Below, piece by piece: positions 16,792 to 25,378 of a stretch of DNA of 50,134 nt. Each line of letters starts with the position of its first letter. The first letter of the stretch is position 1. Below the pieces are notes generated by a model. That model did no database searches, was not told where the DNA came from, and was given only the letters and a program-made list of their open reading frames with translations. Source of the DNA: an uncultured bacterium (GTDB taxonomy: Bacteria; Desulfobacterota; JADFVX01); the NCBI GenBank assembly GCA_965372635.1, contig CBDVDA010000002.1, positions 1 to 50,134 of the forward strand, in the 5' to 3' direction. The position numbers were made by a program, and so were the translations under genes.

Positions 16792-18366
16792 CTAGGCGGA
16801 AGGGAGAGAGACGATAAAGGTGGTCCCTTCCTCCTCCTTGCTCAAAACATTGATCCTCCCCCTGTGGATCTCGGCAACCTTCTTCACCAGCGCCAGACCG
16901 AGACCCACCCCCTCGTAGCCCCGCGTAAGCGAGCTGTCGAGTTGCAAAAAGGGCTCGAAAATCTTGTTTATCTTCTCTTCGCTTATCCCGATACCGGAAT
17001 CACGTATGGTAAATTCGATGGCGCCCTCTTCGAGTTGATTCACGGTAAAAGTCACATCGCCCCCTTCATGGGTAAATTTGACGGCGTTTTTGAGGATATG
17101 GTTCAGCATGAGGATGATCTTCTTCTTTGCGCCGTTGATGGAAGGGAGGTTCTCCGGGCAGTCGACCTTCAGGCTTAGTCCCTTTTCTTTTGCCTCCATG
17201 GCGGATTGCTCCCCGAGTTCTTTCACGATATCGGCAACGTCGAAGAGTTCGAATTTCTCTGTCGGATAATCTTCCTGAAGAGAAACCATCTCAAGGAGAG
17301 AATCGATGATGAAGGCGAGCCGCTTGCAGCACTGGTGCATATCGGTCATGATCTCCAACTGGGTGGGGGAGAGGTTCCCCAGGTCTTTATTAAGAAAGAG
17401 TTCGAGGTAGCCCGCCACCGGCGTGAGCGGCGTCCGGAGTTCATGGGAAACGTTCTGCATAAATTCGTTCTTCAGCCGGTCGATACTTTTCAGATCCTCG
17501 CCGGCGTCGGAGAGTTCCTGTGATTTTTCTTCCAGTTCCGTCGTCAGTTCCTCCAGATTGGTGTAGGAGTTCTGCAATTCCTCGTTGGAGACCTTCAACT
17601 CCTCGTAGTTGCATTTCAACTCTTCATCCCATCTCCCCAGGTTTTCCATCATTTCGTTGAACCGCCGGGCGAGCAGCGCCAGGTCGTGATCGGCAGGCAC
17701 TTCCGTCCTCGAGTTGAAATCCCCCTCCTCCGAGACCTTCTCTACAAAATTAATCAGCTTTATGAAGGGGCGAAGCACGGTCGTCCGGATATGGAGATAG
17801 ACCACGAGGGCGAAGAAAAAGACAAGGACGACGGTAACGGCAACCACCCGCTGGGAGGTTCGGACTTTGGCGGCATTCAGAGCGTTTATCTCATCCAGCC
17901 TCTTTTCAGACATCTCCTCGGCGGCAGCCAATACACCGGCAATTTTCTTACCGATGCGCGCCGCCTCATGTACAGCCTTCTCTTTTTCCGACTCCCGGGA
18001 GATGGTCACCGTTTGGCTCACACTTGCCTTATAGTCTCTGAAATCCTCTGCAAGCGCCCCTATCATTTCAACCAGGTTGCGGTCAGTCTCCCTTTTGGCA
18101 AGAGAGTCGAGATCTTCCTCCACCTCCTCCACGGAGGCCACCAGTGCATCGAGGTCCGGGCTGTAACCCGCTTCATAACGGTAAAGCTCCATCAGAGAAG
18201 TCTCTAAATTCATCACCAGGTGATGATAGGAACTGTGCCTCTCCTGCTCCAAAGCCATAATACGGAAATTTTCTATATAGGCCGACGAGTTCCAGAGCAG
18301 GGTGCCGCTTGTCGCAACAACGAAAAGCAGGGAAACAACGAGATATTTCTTTACTTTGCTTCTCAT
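16792..18366 (-). CDS. Membrane sensor histidine kinase (2 TM, periplasmic helical domain, HAMP, HisKA, HATPase)
   Basis: 524 aa. TM helices at YLVVSLLFVVATSG and VVAVTVVLVFFFALVVYLHI. HAMP region LRPFIKLINFVEKV...RRFNEMMENL. H-box FMQNVSHELRTPL. G2 motif GVGLGLALV. Confidence 0.85.
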   Translation of the reverse strand: MRSKVKKYLVVSLLFVVATSGTLLWNSSAYIENFRIMALEQERHSSYHHLVMNLETSLMELYRYEAGYSPDLDALVASVEEVEEDLDSLAKRETDRNLVEMIGALAEDFRDYKASVSQTVTISRESEKEKAVHEAARIGKKIAGVLAAAEEMSEKRLDEINALNAAKVRTSQRVVAVTVVLVFFFALVVYLHIRTTVLRPFIKLINFVEKVSEEGDFNSRTEVPADHDLALLARRFNEMMENLGRWDEELKCNYEELKVSNEELQNSYTNLEELTTELEEKSQELSDAGEDLKSIDRLKNEFMQNVSHELRTPLTPVAGYLELFLNKDLGNLSPTQLEIMTDMHQCCKRLAFIIDSLLEMVSLQEDYPTEKFELFDVADIVKELGEQSAMEAKEKGLSLKVDCPENLPSINGAKKKIILMLNHILKNAVKFTHEGGDVTFTVNQLEEGAIEFTIRDSGIGISEEKINKIFEPFLQLDSSLTRGYEGVGLGLALVKKVAEIHRGRINVLSKEEEGTTFIVSLPSA

Positions 18367-19304
18367 AAACCGTTCTTTTCTACATATCCGTTAAAGAGTT
18401 GAGCGTTGTCGATTTTTGCCTTTTCAAGCATCTTACGAACGACGTCATAATCGGAGTCTGCCGTTTCTATAAACCGCTCCGCTTCGAAGGTTTGAAACAC
18501 CCCTTTCCCCTCAGGGCTCTCGTGGAGACCGAGGAGAGCGGCCTTCAGCCGCTTTTTCATCTCTCCATCCACCGATTTCGAAAGGACGAGTCCGTTCGAC
18601 GGAACGGGGAGAGACTCGGCCAGGACCGTCATGGCGTCGCCGAACTTTGGATCATTGCGGACAAGCCTATCAAAGACGAGGTCCTTTCCGCAACCGATAT
18701 CGGCCTTCCCGGAATATACCGCCTTCATGGAGGCGTCATGGCTGCCGTAATAAACGGTTTCGCCGAAAAACCCCTGCAAATCCGGGACGGCCCTGGCCGC
18801 CAGATAGGCGCGCGGGAAAATATCGCCCGCCGTTGTAAAGGGATGCACCATGGCCATTTTTTTCCCTTTCCATGTAGAGAAATCGGAGGTAATACCGCTC
18901 CCCCGGCGGGTAAAAATATAGCCCTTGTAGTTGGAACGCCCGTCTTTCCATTTCGGTCTCGCCACCACCTCCCCGCCGGCGAAGGCGTTGATAAGGACAT
19001 AATCGAGACTCCCCACAAAGGCCATCTCGAGGATCCCCTCCTTAAAGGCATGGGCAACCTTACCGTAACTCGCCATGATCTTCATCTCGATGGTCGCCCC
19101 CGCCTGCGCCGACAGATAATCGACGAGCGGCCGGTAGCGCTTTCTCTGTTTGAAGATATTGATCTCCGGCACGAGCCCGAGCCTCAAGACCTTTTCGGGA
19201 GACGCCTTTTTCACCTCGCCGCCCGGTTTCGCTCCCTCGTCCTTGCAAGCGGAGAAAAAGATGAGAAGGAGAAGAAGAAAGGGTGTGAAACACCTTCTAT
19301 TCAT
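18363..19304 (-). CDS. PhnD-like (phosphonate-binding family) periplasmic substrate-binding lipoprotein
   Basis: 313 aa. Lipobox LLIFFSAC. LRLGLVPEINIF...YGKVAHAFKEGILEMAF...HPFTTAGDIFPRAYL is typical of the PhnD/Phosphonate-bd fold. Its stop overlaps the HK start by 4 nt. Confidence 0.75.
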   Translation of the reverse strand: MNRRCFTPFLLLLLIFFSACKDEGAKPGGEVKKASPEKVLRLGLVPEINIFKQRKRYRPLVDYLSAQAGATIEMKIMASYGKVAHAFKEGILEMAFVGSLDYVLINAFAGGEVVARPKWKDGRSNYKGYIFTRRGSGITSDFSTWKGKKMAMVHPFTTAGDIFPRAYLAARAVPDLQGFFGETVYYGSHDASMKAVYSGKADIGCGKDLVFDRLVRNDPKFGDAMTVLAESLPVPSNGLVLSKSVDGEMKKRLKAALLGLHESPEGKGVFQTFEAERFIETADSDYDVVRKMLEKAKIDNAQLFNGYVEKNGL

Positions 19305-20688
19305 TGTAGGCCTCCTTAAATTGTCCCGGCTCTTTTGCGAGGCGCAGGAAAACGTCCACCACGACAGGATCGAGTTGAAAACCGGCTTCTCTTTCGATCT
19401 CTTCGAGGACAGGCCTCATCTTCATCTTCTTCCTGTAGGAACGGGTCGATCTCATGGCGTCGTAGGTATCGACAACGGCAATGATCCTCGATTCCATTGG
19501 GATGCCGTCTTCTTTAAGTCCGTCGGGATAACCCTTCCCGTCATACCGCTCATGGTGATGCCGTATGGGAGGAAGAAGGGCCGCCAGGTGCTTGACGGGC
19601 TTTATAATATTTTCACCCACAACGGGATGGTTCTTCATAACCGTATACTCATCGTCCGTCAATCTCCCCGGTTTCCTCAAAATACTGTCATCGATCCCTA
19701 TTTTCCCGATGTCGTGCAGCCGCGATGCATGCCTCAGACGGTCAATAAAATCCTTTTTCATGCCCATTGCAGAAGCGACGTCCACGGCAAACCGGGTCAC
19801 CCGTTCCGAATGTCCCCGCGTATATTTGTCTCTCGCCTCAAGCGCAAAGATCATCGATTCCACAATCCCCACCACGTAATCGACCTGTTCCTTGCTCTTT
19901 ATCAGTTCTCTTTCAAACCTCTTTTTCAGGCTTTCGATATCCCTTCTCCGCCGCTTATCAAGGAGAGTCCCGAGGGCATCTTGAACCACCTTTGCATCTA
20001 CAGGCTTGGTAATGCAGTCGAAGGCTCCTTCGCGAATGGCGTCCTTGATGAAGACGATGTCCTTGGATTCGGAGAGCAGCATGATATCCGTATGGGGGCT
20101 CCCGACGGCAAGTTTTCTTAGAAGATCGAAGATATTGATCTCCACGCCCGAAATATCGGCCAGGAAAACATCGGTATCGTGCGTCGAGATGTGCGAATAG
20201 GCCCGCCTGAGCGGGAGAGTCGCCACAGTCTCAAAACTCTCCGTCACCTCTTTCAGGAAAACCATGTCTTTCCTGTTTTCGGACGCCAGGAGAATCTTCG
20301 GCTGATACTCCTCCTTTGAGACCGTTTTCCTGGCATAAAGGGAACTCTTTACGGCACGGACGAGGTCGTCGCGGCTGAAAGGTTTTACAAGATAATCGCT
20401 CGCTCCTTTTTTCAGGAGTTCTGCCGCATGAACGTCTGTCCCGTAACTCGCCATAATAATAATTTCTATGCTCTGATCGGTCGCCTTGATCTCCGAGATG
20501 ATCGATTTCTTTTCCATCCACTCGATGAGATGGTCGAGCAAAACGACGTCCGGGTTTTCCTTTTCGAGAAGCTTCGGTATTTCGTCGGAGGCTGCCGCCG
20601 TCACTACATTATACCCCTCCAGATCGAGCATGAGGGAAACCATCTTCAGTATTTGCCTGTCCTTGTCGGCAACGAGAATCTTTTCCAA
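19297..20688 (-). CDS. Response regulator with two receiver-like domains and an HD-GYP phosphodiesterase domain (RpfG-type)
   Basis: 463 aa. REC1 is ILVADKD...VVLLDHL...LVKPF. REC-like 2 is ILLASEN...VFLADISG...ITKPV. The HD-GYP motifs are HSERV, LHDIGKIGI and HHERYDGKGYPDGL. Confidence 0.85.
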   Translation of the reverse strand: MEKILVADKDRQILKMVSLMLDLEGYNVVTAAASDEIPKLLEKENPDVVLLDHLIEWMEKKSIISEIKATDQSIEIIIMASYGTDVHAAELLKKGASDYLVKPFSRDDLVRAVKSSLYARKTVSKEEYQPKILLASENRKDMVFLKEVTESFETVATLPLRRAYSHISTHDTDVFLADISGVEINIFDLLRKLAVGSPHTDIMLLSESKDIVFIKDAIREGAFDCITKPVDAKVVQDALGTLLDKRRRRDIESLKKRFERELIKSKEQVDYVVGIVESMIFALEARDKYTRGHSERVTRFAVDVASAMGMKKDFIDRLRHASRLHDIGKIGIDDSILRKPGRLTDDEYTVMKNHPVVGENIIKPVKHLAALLPPIRHHHERYDGKGYPDGLKEDGIPMESRIIAVVDTYDAMRSTRSYRKKMKMRPVLEEIEREAGFQLDPVVVDVFLRLAKEPGQFKEAYNE

Positions 20689-20689
20689 G

Positions 20690-21070
20690 CTAGTCTTCCT
20701 GCAGGTATTTCCTCAAAACGTCGAGCAGGTTCTTCGCATTAAAAGGCTTCTTGATATATTCCGTGCATCCCGCCTCAAACCCCGCCTCCTCGTCTTTGTC
20801 CATGGCGAAGGCGGTGAGCGCAACAATGGGCGTCTCCTTGAAAGCCGCCATTTCCCTGAGCTTTCTCGTCACTTCAAGACCGTCCATCTTGGGGATCTGG
20901 ATATCCATGAGGATAAGATGGGGATTGTTCTCTTCCGCCACCTTCAGCGCTTCGGCCCCATCGATCGCCTCCAGCAGTTCGCAATCGACCGCCTCGAGGA
21001 TAAACCGGAACAGCTTCATATTGGAGGGGTTGTCCTCCACGATCAGAATTTTCTTTCTTCCTTCTTTCAT
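20690..21070 (-). CDS. Single-domain response regulator
   Basis: 126 aa. ILIVEDNPSN, LILMDIQIPKMDGLE and YIKKPF. Its stop lies 1 nt from the next gene's start. Confidence 0.9.
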   Translation of the reverse strand: MKEGRKKILIVEDNPSNMKLFRFILEAVDCELLEAIDGAEALKVAEENNPHLILMDIQIPKMDGLEVTRKLREMAAFKETPIVALTAFAMDKDEEAGFEAGCTEYIKKPFNAKNLLDVLRKYLQED

Positions 21071-21089
21071 CTTATCTCTCTTTCACTCA

Positions 21090-23222
21090 TTAATTTCCGT
21101 TTGCCATGAACCTGATGTTTTTTATCGCCGTATCTCCAATCTTCATAATCCGGGCCACCTGCCCCGTAAAAAGATCCTCATTCTCCTTCGGCTCTCCCTC
21201 TGTCAGGACGAGCAGAGGAATCTCTGACATGAGTTGTTCGCTTCCGAGGCGTTTTATCAACCTTTTGCCGTCATAACCGGGATGTAGAAAATTGAGGGTC
21301 ACATTGTCGGGCTGCAAGAGTCCGGTGGCCCTGAGGAGGTCTTTCTCATGATTAAAGGAGATCACCTCAAAGCCCCCGTCCTTCAACTGGCGGCAGAGTT
21401 CGGTCGCTTCCTTGTGGCCGTTCTCGAAGACGAGAACGAGCTTTGACGGCATGGTAGAGTCGAGCCTGCCCGCCCGTATTTCCTCTTCCAGTTTGGAAAA
21501 AAAGGTGTTGTCCTTTACACGCTCCTTCCCTTCCAGCAGTCCGGGCTCCGACTCCGTAAGAAAGGTAAAGAAAAAGGTGCTGCCCTCTCCCGGCAGGGAA
21601 TCTACCCATATAGTCCCTCCCAGCACCTCCACCAGTTTTTTGCAGATAACGAGGCCCAGTCCCGTCCCTTCGTAATTCCTGGCGTGAGAACTGTCGGCCT
21701 GAACAAAGGGTTTGAAAAGTCTTGCAATATCCTTTTCTTCAATGCCGATTCCCTGGTCTTTTATGGCAATCTCTACCATTGCTCCCCGTTTGTTCAGGCT
21801 CACTTCAACGGTAGAATTTTCAGGGCTGAATTTAAGCCCGTTGCTGATAAGGTTTAAAAGCACCTGGCTCAATTTTCCGCCATCCGAAACGGCGCCACCC
21901 ACTCCGTCGCCAGCGGTAACGTCGATCTTCTGGCTCTTCTTGGAGGCCATGGGCGTCATCGTCTTTACCGCCGCTTCAACCTCCTCTTTCACGTCGAATT
22001 CCCTCACTTCGATCTCCAGGTAACCGGCCTCTATCTTTGAAAGGTCGAGAATGTCGTTAACGATCTGCAAAAGATGGAGTCCGCTGCCGAGGATATCCTG
22101 AACGCACTCCTTTTGCCTGTCCAGAAGTTCTCCTGCAATCGAATCGAGAAGGATTTCTGAAAACCCGATAATCGAATTGAGGGGCGTCCTCAGTTCGTGA
22201 GAAACAAGGGAGATGAACTCCGACCTCAGCCTGTCGATCTCGAGAAGTTCATCGTTTTTCTGGAGCAGCATCTCCCCCTTGATTCTCAAATCGGTGGCCA
22301 TCTGTTTCAGCTTCTTTTCGGCCTCCACCTTGTCGAGACCCATTCCGAGCACGAAAGAGGCGAAGTTGGCGAACTCAATGTCCGGCTCCGAAAAGGCTTC
22401 CCCCCAGAAGAGCATAGCGCCCTTCACTTTAATGTCAGACCCGACGACAGGCGCACAGATGAGTTCCCCGGAGAAAGCCGGATCGGAGGCGCTGTAGAGA
22501 TCGGCAAACTCACTTTTGAAATCGTTTCTGCGGAAGAGAAGACTCTTCTTTGTCTTTTCCAGTTCGCCCATAAGTCCCTTCACCCCAGCCAGCGTAGAGG
22601 CATCTGAATTTATACCTTTGGCGGCGAGCTCGGTTATCTCCCGGCTTTCCGAATCATAGAGATAAACGGCACCCGCTAAAGAAGGCCTGTACTCGGAAAA
22701 TTTATTCAGGAAACCCTCGCCGAGGGCCGAAAGGGAGGACGATTGCAGAATGAGGTAGAGAAGATCATTGTGGGCCGAAAGGGTATGCCCCTGGCCTATA
22801 AGAAGTTTATTGTTTTCTTCAAGCTTGAGATTGGTTTCGTTCAGTTCTTTTTCCCTCTGGTTCAACCGTTCGAAGACAGTAGAGATCGTCTTTTCAAGCA
22901 GGCCTATCTCATCGGTCGATCCCAACGACTCGACTTCCTGCATCACGTCGTCCGGCACGGAAGCGCCTACAAGAGCGAGCATTTTTTTAAGGGGAGTTGT
23001 AATAGACCGGGAGATGACGAGGCCGAGAATTGCAAACCCGAAGATTCCCGCAGTAATAAAACCGAAGAAGAGGAGATCCAGCCTTTCGAGTAACGCGCCC
23101 TGATCGAAAGATTCCACGGAAATAGTATGACTGACGATACTGTGGGTCAACAGGCCACTGATGATGTGAGGGACAACACCTAAGAAAAGAAGGGCAATAA
23201 TCAGTTTTGTTTTGGCACTCAT
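21090..23222 (-). CDS. Membrane hybrid-type sensor histidine kinase with a C-terminal pseudo-receiver
   Basis: 710 aa. Two TM helices, a HAMP-like linker and a GAF-like region. H-box FISLVSHELRTPL. ATPase motifs NGLKFS, DQGIGI and GTGLGL. The C-terminal ~120 aa look receiver-like, but the acceptor region reads NFLHPGYDG. Confidence 0.8.
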   Translation of the reverse strand: MSAKTKLIIALLFLGVVPHIISGLLTHSIVSHTISVESFDQGALLERLDLLFFGFITAGIFGFAILGLVISRSITTPLKKMLALVGASVPDDVMQEVESLGSTDEIGLLEKTISTVFERLNQREKELNETNLKLEENNKLLIGQGHTLSAHNDLLYLILQSSSLSALGEGFLNKFSEYRPSLAGAVYLYDSESREITELAAKGINSDASTLAGVKGLMGELEKTKKSLLFRRNDFKSEFADLYSASDPAFSGELICAPVVGSDIKVKGAMLFWGEAFSEPDIEFANFASFVLGMGLDKVEAEKKLKQMATDLRIKGEMLLQKNDELLEIDRLRSEFISLVSHELRTPLNSIIGFSEILLDSIAGELLDRQKECVQDILGSGLHLLQIVNDILDLSKIEAGYLEIEVREFDVKEEVEAAVKTMTPMASKKSQKIDVTAGDGVGGAVSDGGKLSQVLLNLISNGLKFSPENSTVEVSLNKRGAMVEIAIKDQGIGIEEKDIARLFKPFVQADSSHARNYEGTGLGLVICKKLVEVLGGTIWVDSLPGEGSTFFFTFLTESEPGLLEGKERVKDNTFFSKLEEEIRAGRLDSTMPSKLVLVFENGHKEATELCRQLKDGGFEVISFNHEKDLLRATGLLQPDNVTLNFLHPGYDGKRLIKRLGSEQLMSEIPLLVLTEGEPKENEDLFTGQVARIMKIGDTAIKNIRFMANGN

Positions 23223-23317
23223 TTTTTAAACTCTCAAAGGGTGTCTAATCAATCCCGAAATAAACGCTTGGCAGGCCGCGAATTCATCCAAAAAAATCAT
23301 GCCTCAAGTGAATCCCC

Positions 23318-23346
23318 ATTGTATCACAGGCAACATCGTTTTTAAA
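23318..23346 (-). promoter_or_regulatory. Candidate extended -10 sigma70-type promoter for the HK-RR-HD-GYP operon
   Basis: The minus strand reads TTTAAA-N17-TACAAT, with TGA immediately upstream of the -10 element. It lies about 95 nt upstream of the ATG at 23222. This is a pattern match only. Confidence 0.25.
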
Positions 23347-23370
23347 AACAGAGGCCTCCCACTGCCTCCC
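23340..23370 (-). terminator. Candidate intrinsic terminator after the parA-partner gene
   Basis: The minus strand reads GGAGGC-AGTGGGAG-GCCTCT followed by GTTTTT, about 30 nt after the stop at 23401. The stem is short (6 bp, including a G-U pair). Confidence 0.35.
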
Positions 23371-23400
23371 CCTTGGCAGTAAAAGAGAACCCCGGCAGAG

Positions 23401-23883
23401 CTATATCTCGATCCACTCAAAAAAATCAGGAAGGGAGACAAATTTGATGAACTGCTCCTCTGCGATAACGTTCACACCCTTCACCCGTCCCTCTATCGAC
23501 TCAAGGGCGTGCTCCTTACCGAAGGCGGAAAGGGATGACTCGTCCCAGGTCACTTCAACGCACGCGTCCGCCTCTCCCAAGGCGGCAAAAACCCTGTAGC
23601 CGCTCCCACCCGCCGCCGTCTCAAGCACCAGGAATTCCGCAGGGCCAGACAAAGAAAAAACGACCTGAAAACGACCCTCTCCAAGAAGTTCTCCCGCCTT
23701 TTTCATCACCTCTTGCAGCAGGGAACTTTTCTCCTCCCGGCCTCCCTTTTCTTCAACCATTTCTTTCTTTCGCCGCTCAAATACAGGCGGCGGCTCGAGC
23801 GTCTCAGAGAGATGAAACCGGATCGGTTTCGTCAGGTCCTCGATGAGTGAGGTCTTTCCTAAACCGCCCTTTACCTTTGCCAT
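23401..23883 (-). CDS. Hypothetical 160-aa protein with a ParB/Spo0J-like N-terminal peptide; putative ParA partner
   Basis: The start overlaps the parA-like stop by 13 nt. The N-terminus MAKVKGGLGKTSLIEDL resembles ParB N-terminal peptides (Spo0J begins MAKGLGKGINALF from memory). A charged linker and a ~100-aa C-terminal domain of unknown fold follow. Confidence 0.55.
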   Translation of the reverse strand: MAKVKGGLGKTSLIEDLTKPIRFHLSETLEPPPVFERRKKEMVEEKGGREEKSSLLQEVMKKAGELLGEGRFQVVFSLSGPAEFLVLETAAGGSGYRVFAALGEADACVEVTWDESSLSAFGKEHALESIEGRVKGVNVIAEEQFIKFVSLPDFFEWIEI

Positions 23884-24629
23884 TGAATCACCTCTTTCGC
23901 CATCCTGTAGTAATCCTCCGAGCCGTGGCTGGTCCGGTCGTGCTCGAAGATCGTTTTCTGATAACTCGGGGCCTCTGCCAAGCGGATATTGGGACGGATA
24001 CAGACATTAAAGACCCGACCCGGAAAAGAATCCTTCAGTTTTTCGAGCACCTGCAAGGATAAAGTATTTCTCGGATCATACCTGACCACGAGAAAACCCA
24101 TGATCTCCAGTTCGGAGTTAAAGCGCTTCACCTCTTCGATCTTCGCTAATATCTGCCTTAAGCCCACGAGGGAATAAAAACCGACATCGACGGGCACGAT
24201 GATCCACCGGCTCGCCATAAGCGCGTTAGAGACGAGCAGGCCGATCTGCGGTGGGCAGTCAATAATAACGTAGTCGTAATAGTCCCGCACCTGGTCAAGC
24301 TTGATTTTGAGCCGCTCTTCATGCCTGTCTTCCTCCAGGAGGATTACTTCCGCTCTGTGAAGGGAGAGCGTGGAGGGCGCAATATGGATGTTCCCTTTTT
24401 TAAAGATGTTATATTTAAATTCCACCTCATCGTCGAGGAGGACGTCAGCCATGGAAATAACGATATCCTCGATGTTTATCCCGAAGGTGAGCGATGAACT
24501 CCCCTGGGGGTCCATATCGATGAGAAGTACCTTTTTCCCGTTCAGGGCGAGGGCGGCTGAAAGGTTGACGGCCGTCGTCGTCTTTCCGCAGCCCCCTTTC
24601 TGGTTCGCTATTGAAATAACTTCCGCCAT
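23871..24629 (-). CDS. ParA/Soj/MinD-family ATPase encoded within a chemotaxis cluster (PpfA/ParC-like by context)
   Basis: 252 aa. Deviant Walker A NQKGGCGKTTTAVNLS, Walker A' LLIDMDPQGS and Walker B YVIIDCPP. Confidence 0.88.
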   Translation of the reverse strand: MAEVISIANQKGGCGKTTTAVNLSAALALNGKKVLLIDMDPQGSSSLTFGINIEDIVISMADVLLDDEVEFKYNIFKKGNIHIAPSTLSLHRAEVILLEEDRHEERLKIKLDQVRDYYDYVIIDCPPQIGLLVSNALMASRWIIVPVDVGFYSLVGLRQILAKIEEVKRFNSELEIMGFLVVRYDPRNTLSLQVLEKLKDSFPGRVFNVCIRPNIRLAEAPSYQKTIFEHDRTSHGSEDYYRMAKEVIQWQR

Positions 24630-24640
24630 ATGAAGAGCGT

Positions 24641-25372
24641 CTAGAGGCTGAACTCCTTTATCTTTTCATTGCCAAAATAAACGAAAACGGCGCCACCTGC
24701 CTCCCTCACGGAGACCTCTCTCTCCTTATACTTCCTCCCGATATAATAATCCTTCCCCCGTATATTTATCTGCCCTGATTCGGAAACCTTGCAGGCAACA
24801 CCGCTCTCTTCCTGCCTGACAGACGACCTCTCATCAGTTCTCGGTTCTTCGACGGTCTCGGCACCCTCCCCTTCCCGGTCGAGCGTCTCCTTCATCATGA
24901 TTTTCTCGGTGCTGGAGAAAATCTCTTCCAGGTTGAGAATGATGGTCAGTTTTTTATTCACTTCGGCAACGCCTGCGAGATAGTCTGCTTTCAGCCCCGC
25001 CACCAGCTTCGGCGGCGCATCGATGTCGCTTTCGGCGAGTTTCAGCACCTCATAGACCTTGTCCACCTGCACACCGACGGAAAAGTCCTTCATTTCCAGC
25101 ACGATGATTCTCGTCTCTTCGTCTCCCGGACTCCGTTCCATGTCAAAACGCCGCCTCATCTCCACGATGGGGATGATGTCTCCCCGGAGGCTAATAATCC
25201 CTTCGATAAATTCCGGCGCCTTCGGAAGCGGAACGATCTCGTAAGCGGCGATGATCTCCCGCACCTGCTCGATGGGGATGCCGAACCGCTCACGGTCCAG
25301 CCCGAAGGTTATAAATTTACACATCTTTCTCAAAGTGACGTCTCGTTTGCTATCTTCCTGTTCCATCGTCAT
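24641..25372 (-). CDS. cheW: CheW-domain coupling protein with a ~90-aa C-terminal extension
   Basis: 243 aa. The CheW core is FITFGLDRERFGIPIEQVREI...PEFIEGIISLRGDIIPIVEMRRRF...VGVQVDKVYEVL. An acidic linker and a small beta-rich tail, INIRGKDYYIGRKYKEREVSVREAGGAVFVYFGNEKI, follow. Confidence 0.85.
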   Translation of the reverse strand: MTMEQEDSKRDVTLRKMCKFITFGLDRERFGIPIEQVREIIAAYEIVPLPKAPEFIEGIISLRGDIIPIVEMRRRFDMERSPGDEETRIIVLEMKDFSVGVQVDKVYEVLKLAESDIDAPPKLVAGLKADYLAGVAEVNKKLTIILNLEEIFSSTEKIMMKETLDREGEGAETVEEPRTDERSSVRQEESGVACKVSESGQINIRGKDYYIGRKYKEREVSVREAGGAVFVYFGNEKIKEFSL

Positions 25373-25378
25373 CCCTCG

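Noticed and set aside
18399-20121. 306-aa and 323-aa plus-strand ORFs (18399-19319 and 19150-20121)
   Set aside because: They are antisense to the PhnD-like and HD-GYP genes, which have clear family motifs. They have no RBS and no motif support.
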